From: Gekko japonicus
Lineage: Eukaryota
Assembly (NCBI RefSeq): GCF_001447785.1
Contig: NW_015164754.1
Coordinates: 42,749 to 106,748, forward strand
Direction: 5' to 3'
DNA: 64,000 nucleotides
The notes below the pieces were generated by a model. That model did no database searches. It was not told the origin of the DNA and saw only the letters and a list, made by a program, of their open reading frames with translations. Each line of letters starts with the position of its first letter. Positions within the stretch are counted from its first letter, which is position 1. Below are positions 38,556 to 50,800 of this stretch, piece after piece. Made by a program: the position numbers and the translations under genes.

Positions 38556-38610
38556 ATGGGCGCTTCTGTCTCTCTGACAGGGATGTTCTTCATTCTTCTC
38601 TTCATCCTTG
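38556..38610 (+). CDS. TRAV: Leader (L-PART1) exon of the second TRAV gene
   Basis: The 55-nt exon encodes the hydrophobic MGASVSLTGMFFILLFIL and ends in a consensus phase-1 donor G|gtgagt, in frame with the V exon at 40450. Confidence 0.85.
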
Positions 38611-38967
38611 GTGAGTCCATTTCTGACCTGCATCCTTAATAGCAACTTTATTGCTTGAGTTTCCTTTTTTTTTTATCAAGCAGGATAGAGGGAAGAGAAG
38701 AAAAAGGGACTGAAGTGTACAGATTCTCCTGCTCTTTAAGATCTGCTGGTCAGGCACTACTGGAGTTACCTAAACAGGTAGATGCAAGATTGGCCAGGAC
38801 TGGGGCCTTTAGGACAAATACCCCCACATTATGGAGTACTCGGTCCTGGGAAAGAACAAATTTAGAGTCCAGCGGCACCTTTAACACCAACAAAGTTTAA
38901 TTCGAGGTATGAGCTTTCGTGTGCCCAGCACACTTTTTCAGATACTTTTGAAAAAGTGTGCCTTGCA

Positions 38968-39417
38968 TTTGTTGTTGTTCAGTCGCACAGTCGAGTCCGA
39001 CTCTTCGCGACCCCATGGACCAGCTCCTACCAGGCCCTCCTGTCTTCCGCCGTCCTCTGAAGTTGGCTCAATTTCATGTTTGTTGGGTCGCTGACACTGT
39101 CCAACCATCTCATCCTTTGCCATCCCCGTCTTCTTTGACCTTCAATCTTTCCCAGCATCAGGGGCTTCTCCAGGGAGTGCTCCCTTCTCATTGGGTGGCC
39201 AAAGTCTTTGAGCTTCAGTTTCATTATCTGGCCTTCCAGGGAACAGTCAGGGTTGATTTCTTTGAGGATTGACTGATTTGATCTTCTTGCAGTCCAAGGG
39301 ACTCTCAAGAGTCTTCTCCAGCACCATAATTCAAAAGAATCTATTCTTCAGCGCTCGGCCTTCCTTATAGTCCAACTCTCGCAGCCATACATGACTACTG
39401 GGAATACCATTGCTTTC
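38968..39417 (-). mobile_element. BovB/RTE LINE 3' fragment in the TRAV leader intron
   Basis: Reverse complement of the copies at 37690 and 40810. Confidence 0.92.
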
Positions 39418-40449
39418 GTATGCCTTGCATACGAAAGCTCATACCTCGAATTAAACTTTGTTGGTCTTAATGGTGCCACTGGACGCTAAATTCGTTCTTC
39501 TGCTTCAGACCAGCATGGCTGACCCCCTGGATCTATCGGTCTTGGGAAAGTCATCTGTCTTTCTCTAGGGGCAGTATTTCATACTGCTCTGGACAATGGG
39601 TTGGATCCAGCGGAAATAGCTGGCAGTGGGAGCGGAGAGTGAATCTTACTGGTTCCCGTCCCCTCCCGAAGACCTCCGATCTCTCCAATGCTGATTCGGG
39701 GGGGGGGGAGTGTCTCCCGTTCTCTGAACAGAATTTGGGGGGCATCCAGTTTGACCCCTCCAGTGCCTTGGTGTCGCTGCTTGTTCTTGACAGCAATGAT
39801 TAAATAGAAGAGAGGGGAAAATAACTTTGTAAGACCTGATGGATTGACGGATTAGTTCACAGTACAATCCAGTGCAGAGTGCCTCTAGCCTAAAGGTAAA
39901 GATAAAGGTTCCCTTGCTCGAAAGCCAGTCGTGTCCGACTCTAAGGTTGCGATCAGGCCAATGGCCCATCCAGTCCAACACTCTGTGTCACACAGTGGCC
40001 AAAAATACCAGGGGCCATCAGGAGGTCCAGCAGTGGGGCCAGGACACCAGAAGCCCTCCCACTGTTGCCCCCCCCAAGCACCAAGAAGACAGAGCATCAC
40101 TTGCCCCAGCCTGAGAATTCCTATCCATAGGTAAAGGTAAAGGTTCCCTTGCTCAAAAGCCAGTCGAGTCCGACTCTAGGGTTGCGGTGCTCATCTCCGT
40201 TTCAAAGCCGAAGAGCCAGCGCTGTCCGAAGACGTTTCTGTGGTCATGTGGCTGGCATGACTAAACACCAAGGCGCACGGAACGCTGTTCCCTTCCCACC
40301 GAAGCTAGGTTGGCAGGAGACCTCTAGCCTAAGTCTATTGAAATCATAGAGTAACCCTGCCTAGGCTTGCATAGTCAAGTTCTCCGCTCTTGTATGGTTC
40401 TTTGGTGTTCGACCTCTTTAACCTGGAGCCCCTCTCTATTCCCTACTAG

Positions 40450-40735
40450 CTCCAAGGGTTATCTTTGGCCAAGTGTTCCAACCCAAGCAACTCACCTATA
40501 CGGAGGGGGCCAAAGTCCTGATCCCATGCCATCAAAATGTCACCAGCCACAGCAATATGCATTGGTACGAGCAACACACCGGTGGTGTCCCATCTTGGCT
40601 GGGACAGGCCTATGAAGGCTTCTCTCCTGCTGGAGACTACCAGATGGAGGTGATCAAAACATCTCGCTCTACGAACCTCATCGTCGACGTGGCAAGACTG
40701 AGAGACGCCGGCGTCTACTTCTGTGCCGTGAGAGA
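40450..40735 (+). CDS. TRAV: T-cell receptor alpha variable gene segment, V exon (TRAV1/TRAV2-like), apparently functional
   Basis: Acceptor ctctctattccctactag|, then APRVIFGQVFQPKQLTYTEGAKVLIPCHQNVTSHSNMHWYEQHTGG...LRDAGVYFCAVR(D); Cys, Trp and Cys hallmarks intact. Confidence 0.94.
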
Positions 40736-40774
40736 CACAGCGAGAGGAAGCCAGCTGGCTTCAGCACAAAAAGC
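40736..40774 (+). other. 23-bp-spacer recombination signal sequence (V-RSS)
   Basis: CACAGCG at 40736-40742, 23-nt spacer, ACAAAAAGC at 40766-40774 (8/9 match). Confidence 0.93.
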
Positions 40775-40809
40775 ACCCAGCTTGTGGAGGAGGAGGAGGA
40801 GGAGATGCA

Positions 40810-41420
40810 GCGGGACAAAACCATCCAGTTCCTGGGATCCCAGATCACCGCAGACTGTGACAGCAGCCATGAAATTAAAAGACGCCTGCTCCTTGGGAGG
40901 AAAGCGATGGCGAACCTAAACAGCATGATAAAAAGTAGAGACATTACCCTGCCAACAAAAGTCCGTGTGGTCAAAGCAATGGTATTCCCAGTAGTCATGT
41001 ATGGCTGCGAGAGTTGGACTATAAGGAAGGCCGAGCACCGAAGAATAGATTCTTTTGAACTATGGTGCTGGAGAAGACTCTTGAGAGTCCCTTGGACTGC
41101 AAGAAGATCAAATCAGTCAATCCTAAAAGAAATCAACCCTGACTGTTCCCTGGAAGGCCAGATAATGAAACTGAAGCTCAAATACTTTGGCCACCCAATG
41201 AGAAGGGAGCACTCAATGGAGAAGACCCTGATGCTGGGAAAGATTGAAGATCAAAGAAGACGGGAACGGCAAAGGATGAGATGGTTAGACAGTGTGATAG
41301 ATGCAACGAACATGAAATTGAGCCAACTTCAGAGGACGGCGGAAGACCGGAAGGCCTGGCGTGATCTGGTCCATGGGGTCGCAAAGAGTCGGACTCGACT
41401 GTGCGACTGAACAACAAAAG
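40810..41420 (+). mobile_element. BovB/RTE LINE 3' fragment
   Basis: Uninterrupted ~200-aa BovB ORF C-terminus (RRLLLGRKAM..SRDITLPTKVR..VVMYGCESWT), with ctgaacaacaa tail. Confidence 0.93.
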
Positions 41421-42894
41421 CACCTTACAGACCAGCAAGACTTTCAAGGAATGAGCTTTCAAGAGTCAACAAGTCCCTTCATCAGATACGAGTAGGAAGA
41501 TCACCAGCCACCACCTGGAAGTTGGCAAGCCTGCCTGAACGTCTTGGTGGTCTCTAAGGTACTACTGGACTGGATAGCTGCTGCTGCAGACCAACATGGC
41601 TGCCCTATGAGATGATCTCCAGAAGGTACTCTGTGGTCTGAGAATGTTAGAATCATAGAGTTGGAAGGGGCCATACAGACCATCTAGTCCAGTGGTGGCG
41701 AACCTATGGCACGGGTGCCAGAGGTGGCACTCAGAGCCCTCTCTGTGGGCACGTGTGCCATCGCTCCAGCCAGGCCCAGACCATCATTAAAGTGTCGAAT
41801 TCTCTGCCAAATAATTTTAAGTAAATGAAAGCATTTGGGATTGCTTTCCTTACTTTGTTTGGATCATCTTAAGTTAATGTATGAGTTTGTTTTTTCTAAA
41901 GTAAAACCTCAGTATTCAGGTTAAATTGCCATGTTGGCACTTTGCGATAAATAAGTGGGTTTTTTGGGTGGCAGTTTGGGCACCCGGACTCTAAAAGGTT
42001 CGCCATCACTGATCTAGTCCAACCCCCTGCCCAATGCAGGACCAGCCTAAAGCACCCCTGACAAATATTCGTCCAGCCTCTTCTTGAAAGCTGTCAGTCA
42101 AGGGGAGCTCACCACCTCCCTAGGCAGCTGATTCCACCTTTGAACCACTCTGACCTTGAAAAAGTTTTTCCTACTATCCAGCCGATACCTCTCTGCATGT
42201 AATTTAAACCCGTTGCTTCGGGTCCTATCCAATGCTCCCTCTAAGCTATGGAGACTTGTGAGCAAAAAATCTACTTTGTGAGTTACCGGCATGAAAATTG
42301 TGAGCCAGCAATTTGGCTACTGCATAAATGAGTTTGCTCTGGAGCCCTCCTTCCTGAGCTAAGGCAAAAATATGTGAGCCAGAGGCTAAAAAACTGTGAG
42401 CTAGCTCACACTAACTCAGCTTAGAGGGAACACTGGTCCTCTCCTCTGCTGCCAACTGGAACAGCTCCTTGCCCTCCTCCAAATGACAGCCTTTCAAATA
42501 TTTAAAGAGAGCAATCCTGTCCCCCCCCATCTCCTCTTCTCCAAACTAAACATTCCCAAGGCCCTTAGCCTTTCCTCGTAGGGCTCAGTCTCATGTTGAG
42601 ACATGCTGAAGGAAAGGGGTCTTTTGGGGCCAGAACGCACTGGAGCACTGCTCCGGCAGCCCAGGAGCCAGTGCAAATGGTGGCGCCGCAAGCCCCACCC
42701 TGAGCTCCCCATGCCGAAGTGCTGGGGCCAGGGGAAGCCCAGAGAGCCCCGCCGCCAGGTCCCCCGGGCCTGCAAAGGAGCGCTGGGGCTGGGGGAAGCC
42801 CGGAGATCCCTGCAGTCGGGTCCGCCGGGCCCATGCTGAAGCGTAAGTAAGGGATCCGCGGGGGTGGTGGGGGCTTGATAGGGGGGTGGGAGAG

Positions 42895-43172
42895 CCTCCC
42901 TCCCTCCCTCCTTCCTCCATCTCTTTGCCATCTTTTCCTCCTTCCTTCCTTCCTTCCTTCCTTCCTTCCTCTCTTTTCCTCCTTTCCTTCTCTTTCTATC
43001 ATTCCCTCCTATCCTTCTCTCCTTTTCCTCTCTCCCTCCTTCTTCCCTTCTCTCTCTTTCTTTCCCTCTTTCCTTCTCTCTTTTTATCCCCTCTTTCCTT
43101 CCTTCTTTCCTTCTCTTTCTTTCCCTCCTTCCTTCACTCTACTCTCTCTCTTTCCTTCCCTCTTTCCTCCTT
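42895..43172. repeat. Polypyrimidine (CT-rich) low-complexity tract
   Basis: About 280 nt almost exclusively C/T. Confidence 0.9.
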
Positions 43173-43589
43173 CTGTGGCCCAACTCTAGTGAGAAGGGGT
43201 TTAAAGTTTAAACCCCTTCTCTCTTCGCTCCCCCCCCCCACAGGCCAGCTGGGGAAGGGAAGGGGAGGCTTTTGAAGATGCCTTCTCCCCCCTTTGCTTC
43301 CCCTTCTGACATCACTTCCGGTGATGTCAGGGGGCGTGTCATATGCTAATTGCCTAGTAGCTCATTATCATATCATATGCTGAAGAGCTCCTGCAGCTCT
43401 TTTTCTACGAAAAGACCCCTGCTGAAGGATAAAGACACATTGCACATGGTAAGAACTGAAACAGAGCTGAACGCTATTTCTGTATGAGTTTGCAGTTTGT
43501 AGGTGTTTCTTATTTCATGCTTATAGCCCATTGTTACTAGTCTGGATTACGGCTGATTGATAGTGGTGGCCTCATCTCATCTGGGACGG

Positions 43590-43946
43590 CGGACCTTCTT
43601 CTTTCCAGTAACCCCAAGAGGCCCTCAGTCTGACAGCCATGCCCCAAGGGAAGGTTATCCCTTGATCTTTCCACCCTCCTCCTCCAGGCAGGCAGCTCAT
43701 TAGCTGAAGAAAACAACTGATGCAATACCATCAGCTCATCCATCCCTAGGTTCTACCACGAGGCGGGGAGTCGGGAATTTCCCCAGAGTCTCAATTCCTT
43801 ATAGAAAGGTGGCAGAGTCCATGTAGATGCTTCCCCAGGACTGAGGTCATTAAACCTGTCTTGGCCTGCAAAGCAGAAGATCTGCTTTAAGGCTGAACAA
43901 TTCTGGAGACAATGTGGATCTTCTTACTGAAGGAGGAACTGTAAGA
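43590..43946 (+). promoter_or_regulatory. Candidate promoter and first exon of the OR at 46931
   Basis: Several O/E-like sites (CCCCAAGAGG 43612, CCCCAAGGGA 43642, TCCCCAGAGT 43780, TCCCCAGGAC 43832), homeodomain CTCATTAG (~43696) and TCATTAA (~43847), and donor act|gtaaga at ~43940. Confidence 0.5.
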
Positions 43947-44119
43947 CCGACGGTGACCTCTCAGGCCAAACCATTCAAGCTGGATTTTCAGCTCATGTGT
44001 GTATGTCTTGGTCTAGGAGGGTGTGCTCAGCATCACTAAGAGTACTAAGGCCATAGAAGAGGATTTCCACCATCTCCTGTTCATGCAGTGTAAGAGGACA
44101 CTTGTTTGGTCCACTGGTT

Positions 44120-44730
44120 TATCTGGAATGTGTCCAGAGGAGGGCAATGAAGATGGTGAGGGGTCTGGAGACCAAGTCCTATGAGGCAAGGTTGAAGGAG
44201 CTGGGTATGTTTAGCCAGGAGAGGAGATGACTGAGAGGTGATATGATAACCATCTTCAAGTACTTGAAGGGTTGTCATGGAGAGGAGGGTGCGGAGTTGT
44301 TTTCTGTTGCCCCAGAAAGTCGGACCAGAACCAACAGATTGAAATTAAATCAGAAGAGTTTCCGGCTAAACATTAGGAAGAACGTCCTGACAGTTAGATC
44401 GGTTCCTCAGTGGAACAGGCTTCCTCAGGTGGTGGTGGGCTCTCCTTCTTTAGAGGTTTTCAAACAGAGGCTGGATGGCCATCTGACATCAATGCTGATT
44501 CTGTGAATGTAGGCAGATCATGAAAGGGAGGGCAGAAAGGGTTGCCTCAGTGCTTAGTTCTCGTGGCCCTTTCTTACACGCCCAGGGAAATGCCGATTGC
44601 CACTTTGGGGTCAGGAAGCAATTTTTTCTCCAGACCTGTAAGGCCAGGGATCCTGGAGGGGTTTTGTCCTCTTCTGGGCATGGAACAGGGGTCACTGGTG
44701 GTGTGGGGGGAGGTATTTGTGAATTTCCTG
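44120..44730 (+). mobile_element. CR1 LINE 3' fragment (different subfamily)
   Basis: LE.VQRRA.KMV.GL...LRGDMITIFKYLKG...WNRLP motifs. Confidence 0.85.
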
Positions 44731-46930
44731 CTTGTTTTTCATTTCCATCCACCATACAGCATTGAAAGTAAAAAATGTTGGCTGCTGAAGCAAAGATTTT
44801 ATCAATTATACAAAACATGATTTGCATAGATGGGAATGGATGCCAAGAGCCTTTTCTCTTGATCCCTCCCAGTTCCCTTCCTTAGTCCATGTGGATCCTG
44901 TGATCCCCAGAACTGCCTTTTTTTAGAGGTCTTTGAGCAATAAAGCAGGTAGGATTCAACCCTGTCCAAGTGAGTCAGGCCAATGGCCCATCCAGCACAA
45001 CACTCTGTCACACAGTGGTCAAAAATATCAGGTATATCATTTGGTCCAGATGAAAATTATTGCATTTCAGGAGATTTTAGGTGGTAGAAGAGCAGATGTA
45101 GCTCAGCGGTTGTTGGATGGAAAGGCAGTGGGCCTTGGAATGTGAGTTCAAGCCCTCAGTGGCTTAAGAAGGGGGTATCAGTAGAATGGGTGGGGTGTGC
45201 GGAGACTGGGGTGGGCAGGATCTGGGGAGGCAAGGGACCTTAGCAGGGTACAATGCTGTACAGTCCACCCTCTAAAACAGCCATTTTCTCCAGGGGAACT
45301 GATCTGTATGGAGATCAGTAGCAATTCCAGGAGATCAGGCGCCACCGGGAAGCTGACAACCCTAACTGTCAACTCAGTGGGTTGTGCGAATTGACGGGAC
45401 GGTCATCCCAGAAACGTCCAGATTTTTATATTTAGCGAAGAGATAGAGTGCATGTTCCAGGTTCAATCTCTCCAGGTTATAAAGGGGGATCTTTTGACAG
45501 GAGTGCTGCTAGAGAACTCTCTTTGAAGCTTCAGAGAGCTGCGGCTGGTCAGTCAACAACCCTGGGCTAAAGGGGGTCAACTCAGTATAAAGACTCACAT
45601 CCAGGGCTATTTTTGGGCAGGAACGCACAGGAACGGAGTTCCGGCTGGCTTCAGAGTTGGCCACGCCCACTACAGCCAAAACCTCTGCGTGCGTGGCTAC
45701 AGAGGGAAGGCCTGGAGAGCGACCCCCCCCCGGCGACTCCGAGGTGGGTGGGACGGGGCCCCCTGGAAGGATCAGGGAGGCATTTAAATGCCTCCCCATG
45801 CCTTCCCTGGCCTGTCCAAGGGCCGGCTTTCCTGGGCAAGCCAAGGGAAGGGAATGCATGGGGGTGTGGCCTGATACGCTAATGAGTTTCTGCTGTTGGG
45901 TCTGGCCTATTATGCTAATGAGTTCCTGCTGGGCTTTTTCTACAAAAAAAGCCCTGCTCACTTCTATAGCTAGGGGAAGGTGGCTTCTCTTTTAGATAGT
46001 GATGACGGAAAGTACTATCAAGTCACAGCCTCCTAGCGATTATAGACTGTGTTAGGTTACTCTGTTTTTAGAATGTATTGAATGGTGCCTTGAAGATCCG
46101 GTTTTAGTAGATATAGCAGTTTGATGAGAGATTAGCAGTTTAGTAGATATAGCAGTTTGATGCCACCAAGTAGTGACGATAAGATGCAGTACCGAATACT
46201 GGCATAGTAATGACATTCCAGTAACACGTGAGGCACCGTTTCAATTGACCCGCTTGCACAGGGGCATCGTCTATTAACAAGAAGGATACTATTAAACCTC
46301 CCAGTTAAGAACACTGAAGGGAGAGCGTTGAATCCGGCAAGTGAAAAGGTTCTGCGTAAGGCAATGCTGATGCCAATAAAGGTAACTGAACCGAGATCAG
46401 GTTTAGCCAAAAGTGGGCTCACAAATGTTCTCCATAAAAACCGAGCAGGGCTGCCGATGAAAGTGGGAACCATCAAGTAGACAAGGGAGGATTTGATTCC
46501 CCCCATCCAGTCATTAATTTCTTGTAAAAACCAACCCTCCTTCCTAACTTAGAAGTGAATAAGCAACGCTGGCTGGTGGTGGAAGGTGCCGTCAAGTCAT
46601 GGCTGACTGATGGCGACCCCGTAGAGAGTCTTCAAGGCAAGGGACATTCAGAGGTGGTTTGCCATTGCCTGCATTTGCATAGCAACCCTGGACTTCCTTG
46701 TCGGTCTCCCATCCAAGTACTAACCAGGGCCGACCCTGTTTAGCTTCTGAGACCTGATGAGATCAGGTTAGCCAGGGCCAAAGAACGTCTCTGACATCTA
46801 GTGCATTTTGTTGAGCAACAGGGAGTTCTACGGTGGCCAAATAAACACGCTGCATTGAAAAGAATAATGACCGAGATAATGTCATTTTCTTTTCACTAGA
46901 CCCCTTAGCAGTGCATTGATTGGATGAGAA

Positions 46931-47842
46931 ATGCCAAACCACACGGTGATCCTGGAATTCGTTCTCCTCGGGATCCCCCACACCGAAGGCCTCCAAAACA
47001 TCCTCTTTGCCGTCTTCTTGTCCTTCTACCTCTTCACTCTGCTCGGCAACCTGCTCATCCTCACGGCAATCGTCTGTGATGCCCGCCTCCACACGCCCAT
47101 GTACTGGTTCCTCTGCAATCTCTCTGTGGTAGACCTTGGCTTCTCCTCTGTCAGCACTCCCAAGCTCTTGGCCAACCTCTGGGCAGGGAGCAGAACTATC
47201 TCTTTGGGCGGGTGCATGTGCCAGGTCTTCTTCTACCACCTCTTGGGCAGCACCGAGTGCCTTCTGTACACCGTCATGGCCTACGATCGCTACGCCGCCA
47301 TCTGCCACCCGCTGAGGTACACGGTCATCATGAACCGGAAAGTGTGTGCCCTCTTGGCCGCTGGTACTTGGTTCACCAGTTCGTTCCATGCCACCATCTT
47401 AACCAGCTTGACCTTCACGCTCCCTTACTGTGGGTCCAACGTGGTGGACTATTTCTTGTGTGACATTTTCCCGGTAGTCAAGCTGGCTTGCGCTGACACC
47501 TACATCATTGAGACAGTGAGCTTCACCAACATCGGTGTGGTGCCCATGGTCTGCTTTGGACTCATCCTCATGTCCTACATCAGAATCGCCGTCTCCGTGC
47601 TCAGGATGCGCTCTGCGGAAAGCCGGCGCAAAGCAGCCTCCACTTGCGTGTCACATTTGACAGTTGTTTGCTTCTTCTTCGGGCCTTGCGCCCTCCTCTA
47701 CACCCAGCCATCTCTGAGTGACATATTAGCCACCCCGATCCAGATCTTCTGCAATGTTGTCACGCCCATGTTGAACCCAACTGTCTATACTCTGAGGAAC
47801 AAGGAGGTTCAGGCGGCATTCAGAAAGCTAAAAGGGGGTTAG
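46931..47842 (+). CDS. Class II olfactory receptor, family 10 (OR10D-like)
   Basis: Intact 303 aa: LLGIPHTEGL, LHTPMY, MAYDRYAAICHPLRY, LTSLTFTLPYCG, VSFTNIG, PMLNP. Confidence 0.88.
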   Translation: MPNHTVILEFVLLGIPHTEGLQNILFAVFLSFYLFTLLGNLLILTAIVCDARLHTPMYWFLCNLSVVDLGFSSVSTPKLLANLWAGSRTISLGGCMCQVFFYHLLGSTECLLYTVMAYDRYAAICHPLRYTVIMNRKVCALLAAGTWFTSSFHATILTSLTFTLPYCGSNVVDYFLCDIFPVVKLACADTYIIETVSFTNIGVVPMVCFGLILMSYIRIAVSVLRMRSAESRRKAASTCVSHLTVVCFFFGPCALLYTQPSLSDILATPIQIFCNVVTPMLNPTVYTLRNKEVQAAFRKLKGG

Positions 47843-50800
47843 AAACAAAGGGGTCAAGCATATGTTCCTTTATTTTCCCTGAGAGACAAGAAAGTAGGCC
47901 GGGAAAGTGTCTTCTATCTGTCACTGTAGCGTAAGAACTGTACCATGAAAACCACTGGATACCCACTAGAGTTGCCACCGACTCCAGGTTCAGAAATATC
48001 TAGGTATACAGCTCCAGGTTGGGAAATAACTTGAGATTTTGGGGGTGGAGCCTGAGGAAGGTGGGGTTTAGGGAGGGGAGGGATTTTGATGGGGTAGAAT
48101 GCCATAGAGTCCACCTTCCAAAGCGGCCATTTTCTCCAGGGGAACTGGTCTCTGTTGCCTGGAGAACAGTTGTAATCCAAGGATATCTCCAGCCACCACC
48201 TGGAGATGTAGGTACTGCCTTGCACCCTCAGATATATTGCTTTCTGCAACAGATGCCGGTTAACCAAAGTGTCCAAAGAACACAGCTTTCGCCCTGACCT
48301 GGATAGCCCAGGGAAGCCCAATCTTGTGAGATCTCGGAAGGCAAGCATGGTCGACTCTGGCAAATACTTGGATGGGAGACCTCCTTGGAATACCAGAGCT
48401 GGGAGGCAGGGGCAGGCTTTAAGAAGAAGAAGAAGAAGAAGAAGAAGAGATTGGATTTATACCCCGCCCTTCACTCGGAGTCTCAGAGCGGCTTACAAAC
48501 TCCTTTCCCTTCCCCTCCCCACAACAGACACCCTGTGAGGTGGGTGGGGCTGAGAGAGCTCTGACACAAACGGCTCTTTTTCAAGGACAGCTGTGCCAGA
48601 GCTTGTGACTGACCCAAGGTCACATCAGCAGGTGCAAGTGGAGGAGTGGGGAATCAAACCCGGTTCTCCCAGATTAGAGTCCGCGCACTTCACCACGACA
48701 CCAAACTGGCTTTCAGCCATCTCTCGAAATATCCTCCATGTCCCCAGTAGGGGTCAGTCATGAGAGGTCGCCATGACTTCCTGGTGCACACAGACACTCA
48801 CACATGCACATAAAAATACACTCCCTCCCCACACCGTTCACTGTTTACTTTCCCATTTAACCTGCATTGCACTTACTATTTATGTTAAATGTGTTGTCAT
48901 TTGGCTCCTCTGCCATTTTTTGCCAATAAAATACTGCAGCCCTCAACATTCCCTGCTTTCTTTTGAAAATCTCTCGACTTGTTGCAACATGGATTCACAG
49001 AGCTTTGGGATTCCCCCCCCCCCGTGTGTGTGTTTTGCCTTTTAGGGTCCTGATCCATCAGTTGAAGAAGACGTAAGATCCTAAGAACCTGTGCCAGTGT
49101 ACTGTAGTGCTTAGAGTTTGGGGGCTAGTGTGTAGGAGACTGGAGTTCAAATCTATTGGGTTAAGTATAAAAAAAGATATCATTTGCATTGGAAGCACAG
49201 AATTTTTTTTTGCAGTATCCCCGATTCTCCACGTTTCCCAGTTAAGGGGCTAATGCTGTTCAAACAAATTACAAATATGATCTAACTCCAACGGTAACAA
49301 GAGAAAGAAATTTTACTTACAAAAGTAGAAGCACATTTTACATGACATCTTCATGTAGGTACATTTAATGGATTGTGAACAGATTAACTTCAAAAAGGTT
49401 AACCTGCTACAGCCCAGGTAAGAGAGAGAAGAAGAGAGGTCCCATATAAAATGAAACCGAAGGCAAGCAATGGCGGAAGAAGAAGAGGAGGAGGAGGAGG
49501 AGGAGGAGGAGGAGGAGGAGGACATTGGATTTATACCCTGCCCTTCACTACCCGAAGGAGTCTCAGAGCAGCTAGAATTAAGAGTTATGTGCTGGTGAAA
49601 CGAAGTACCAGCAGTGGAAATCGTATTAGAATTAGGTGGCATGTAATGATCATTGTTCAGGTTTGCCAGATCCAGATTGGGAAACTCCTGTCGATTGGGG
49701 GGGGGCCTGGGGAGGATGGGGATCTCAGTGGAGCACAATACCAAAGCATCCATTTTCTCCAGGAGAACTGGTCTCTGTAGACTGCAGATGAACTGTAATT
49801 CCGGGGGGGATCCCCAGGTCCCACCTGGAAGCTGGCATCCCTATCGTTATATACCATTAGATAAAGGGGGGTTGTAACTAATCTCCATGCAAATATGATC
49901 TATCCTCTGGACCTATCCGCACCACAACAGAAAGGGACATGTCATCCTCACTTCTGAAGGAGGTAGAATATGAAGAAATTGGATTTATACCCCACCCTTC
50001 ACTACCCAAAGGTATATCAGAGCGGCTCTCACACTCCTTTCCCTTCCCCTCCCCACAACAGACACCCTGCAGGTGGGGCTGAGAGAGCTCTGACAGAAAC
50101 TGCTCTTTTTCAAGGACAGCTGTGCCAGAGTTATGGCTTGCCCAAGGTCACTCCAGCCAGGTGCAAGTGGAGGCGTGGGGCATCAAAACCGGTTCTCCCA
50201 GATTACAGTCCGTGGACTTAACCACTACACCAAACTGACCATCTGATACCATTATGAAATTGGTTATTAGCTCTAAATATATTATTAAACACTAAATATT
50301 AGCTCTAAACAGGGGTCATTTTGTAGAAAAAGAGGTGAAGGAGCTCATTAGCATAACCTATTAGCATAACTTATTTGCATATGCCACACCCCCTGACATC
50401 ACCAGAAGTGTGTCAGAAGGCAACACCCACCGCTCAGGCTCCACTGGACTGTTTTGGATTGCTAGCTATTTTGGGGGAGGGAGGATCGTGCAGATCTGTC
50501 CTCGCAGAGGAAGGAGAGCTTGTACCTGAATAAAACTTGGTCTTAAAGGTGTCACTGAACTGTTTTGGACCGGAAGGCCGGGGGGAGTTCTGCAACTTAC
50601 CTGGCTGCTTCTTGCTCTGACTGAGGGCTGCTGGGAGCAGGGGGTGGGGCTTGTTCCATGTGCCCGCCCTCTGGGCTCTTTACTGCCGGAGCTCCGCTCC
50701 TGTGCGCTCCTGCAGGAAACGACCCCTGGTTCTAAATATGTTCCTGCCTGGGGATTAAGATAACGGGGAGTATTTATTGCTCAGTTACTTATGCATCTTC

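Noticed and set aside
40775-40919. Extension of the V ORF past the RSS into an Arg-rich tail (148-aa ORF)
   Set aside because: Read-through across the RSS, a GGA repeat and BovB; not part of the mature gene.
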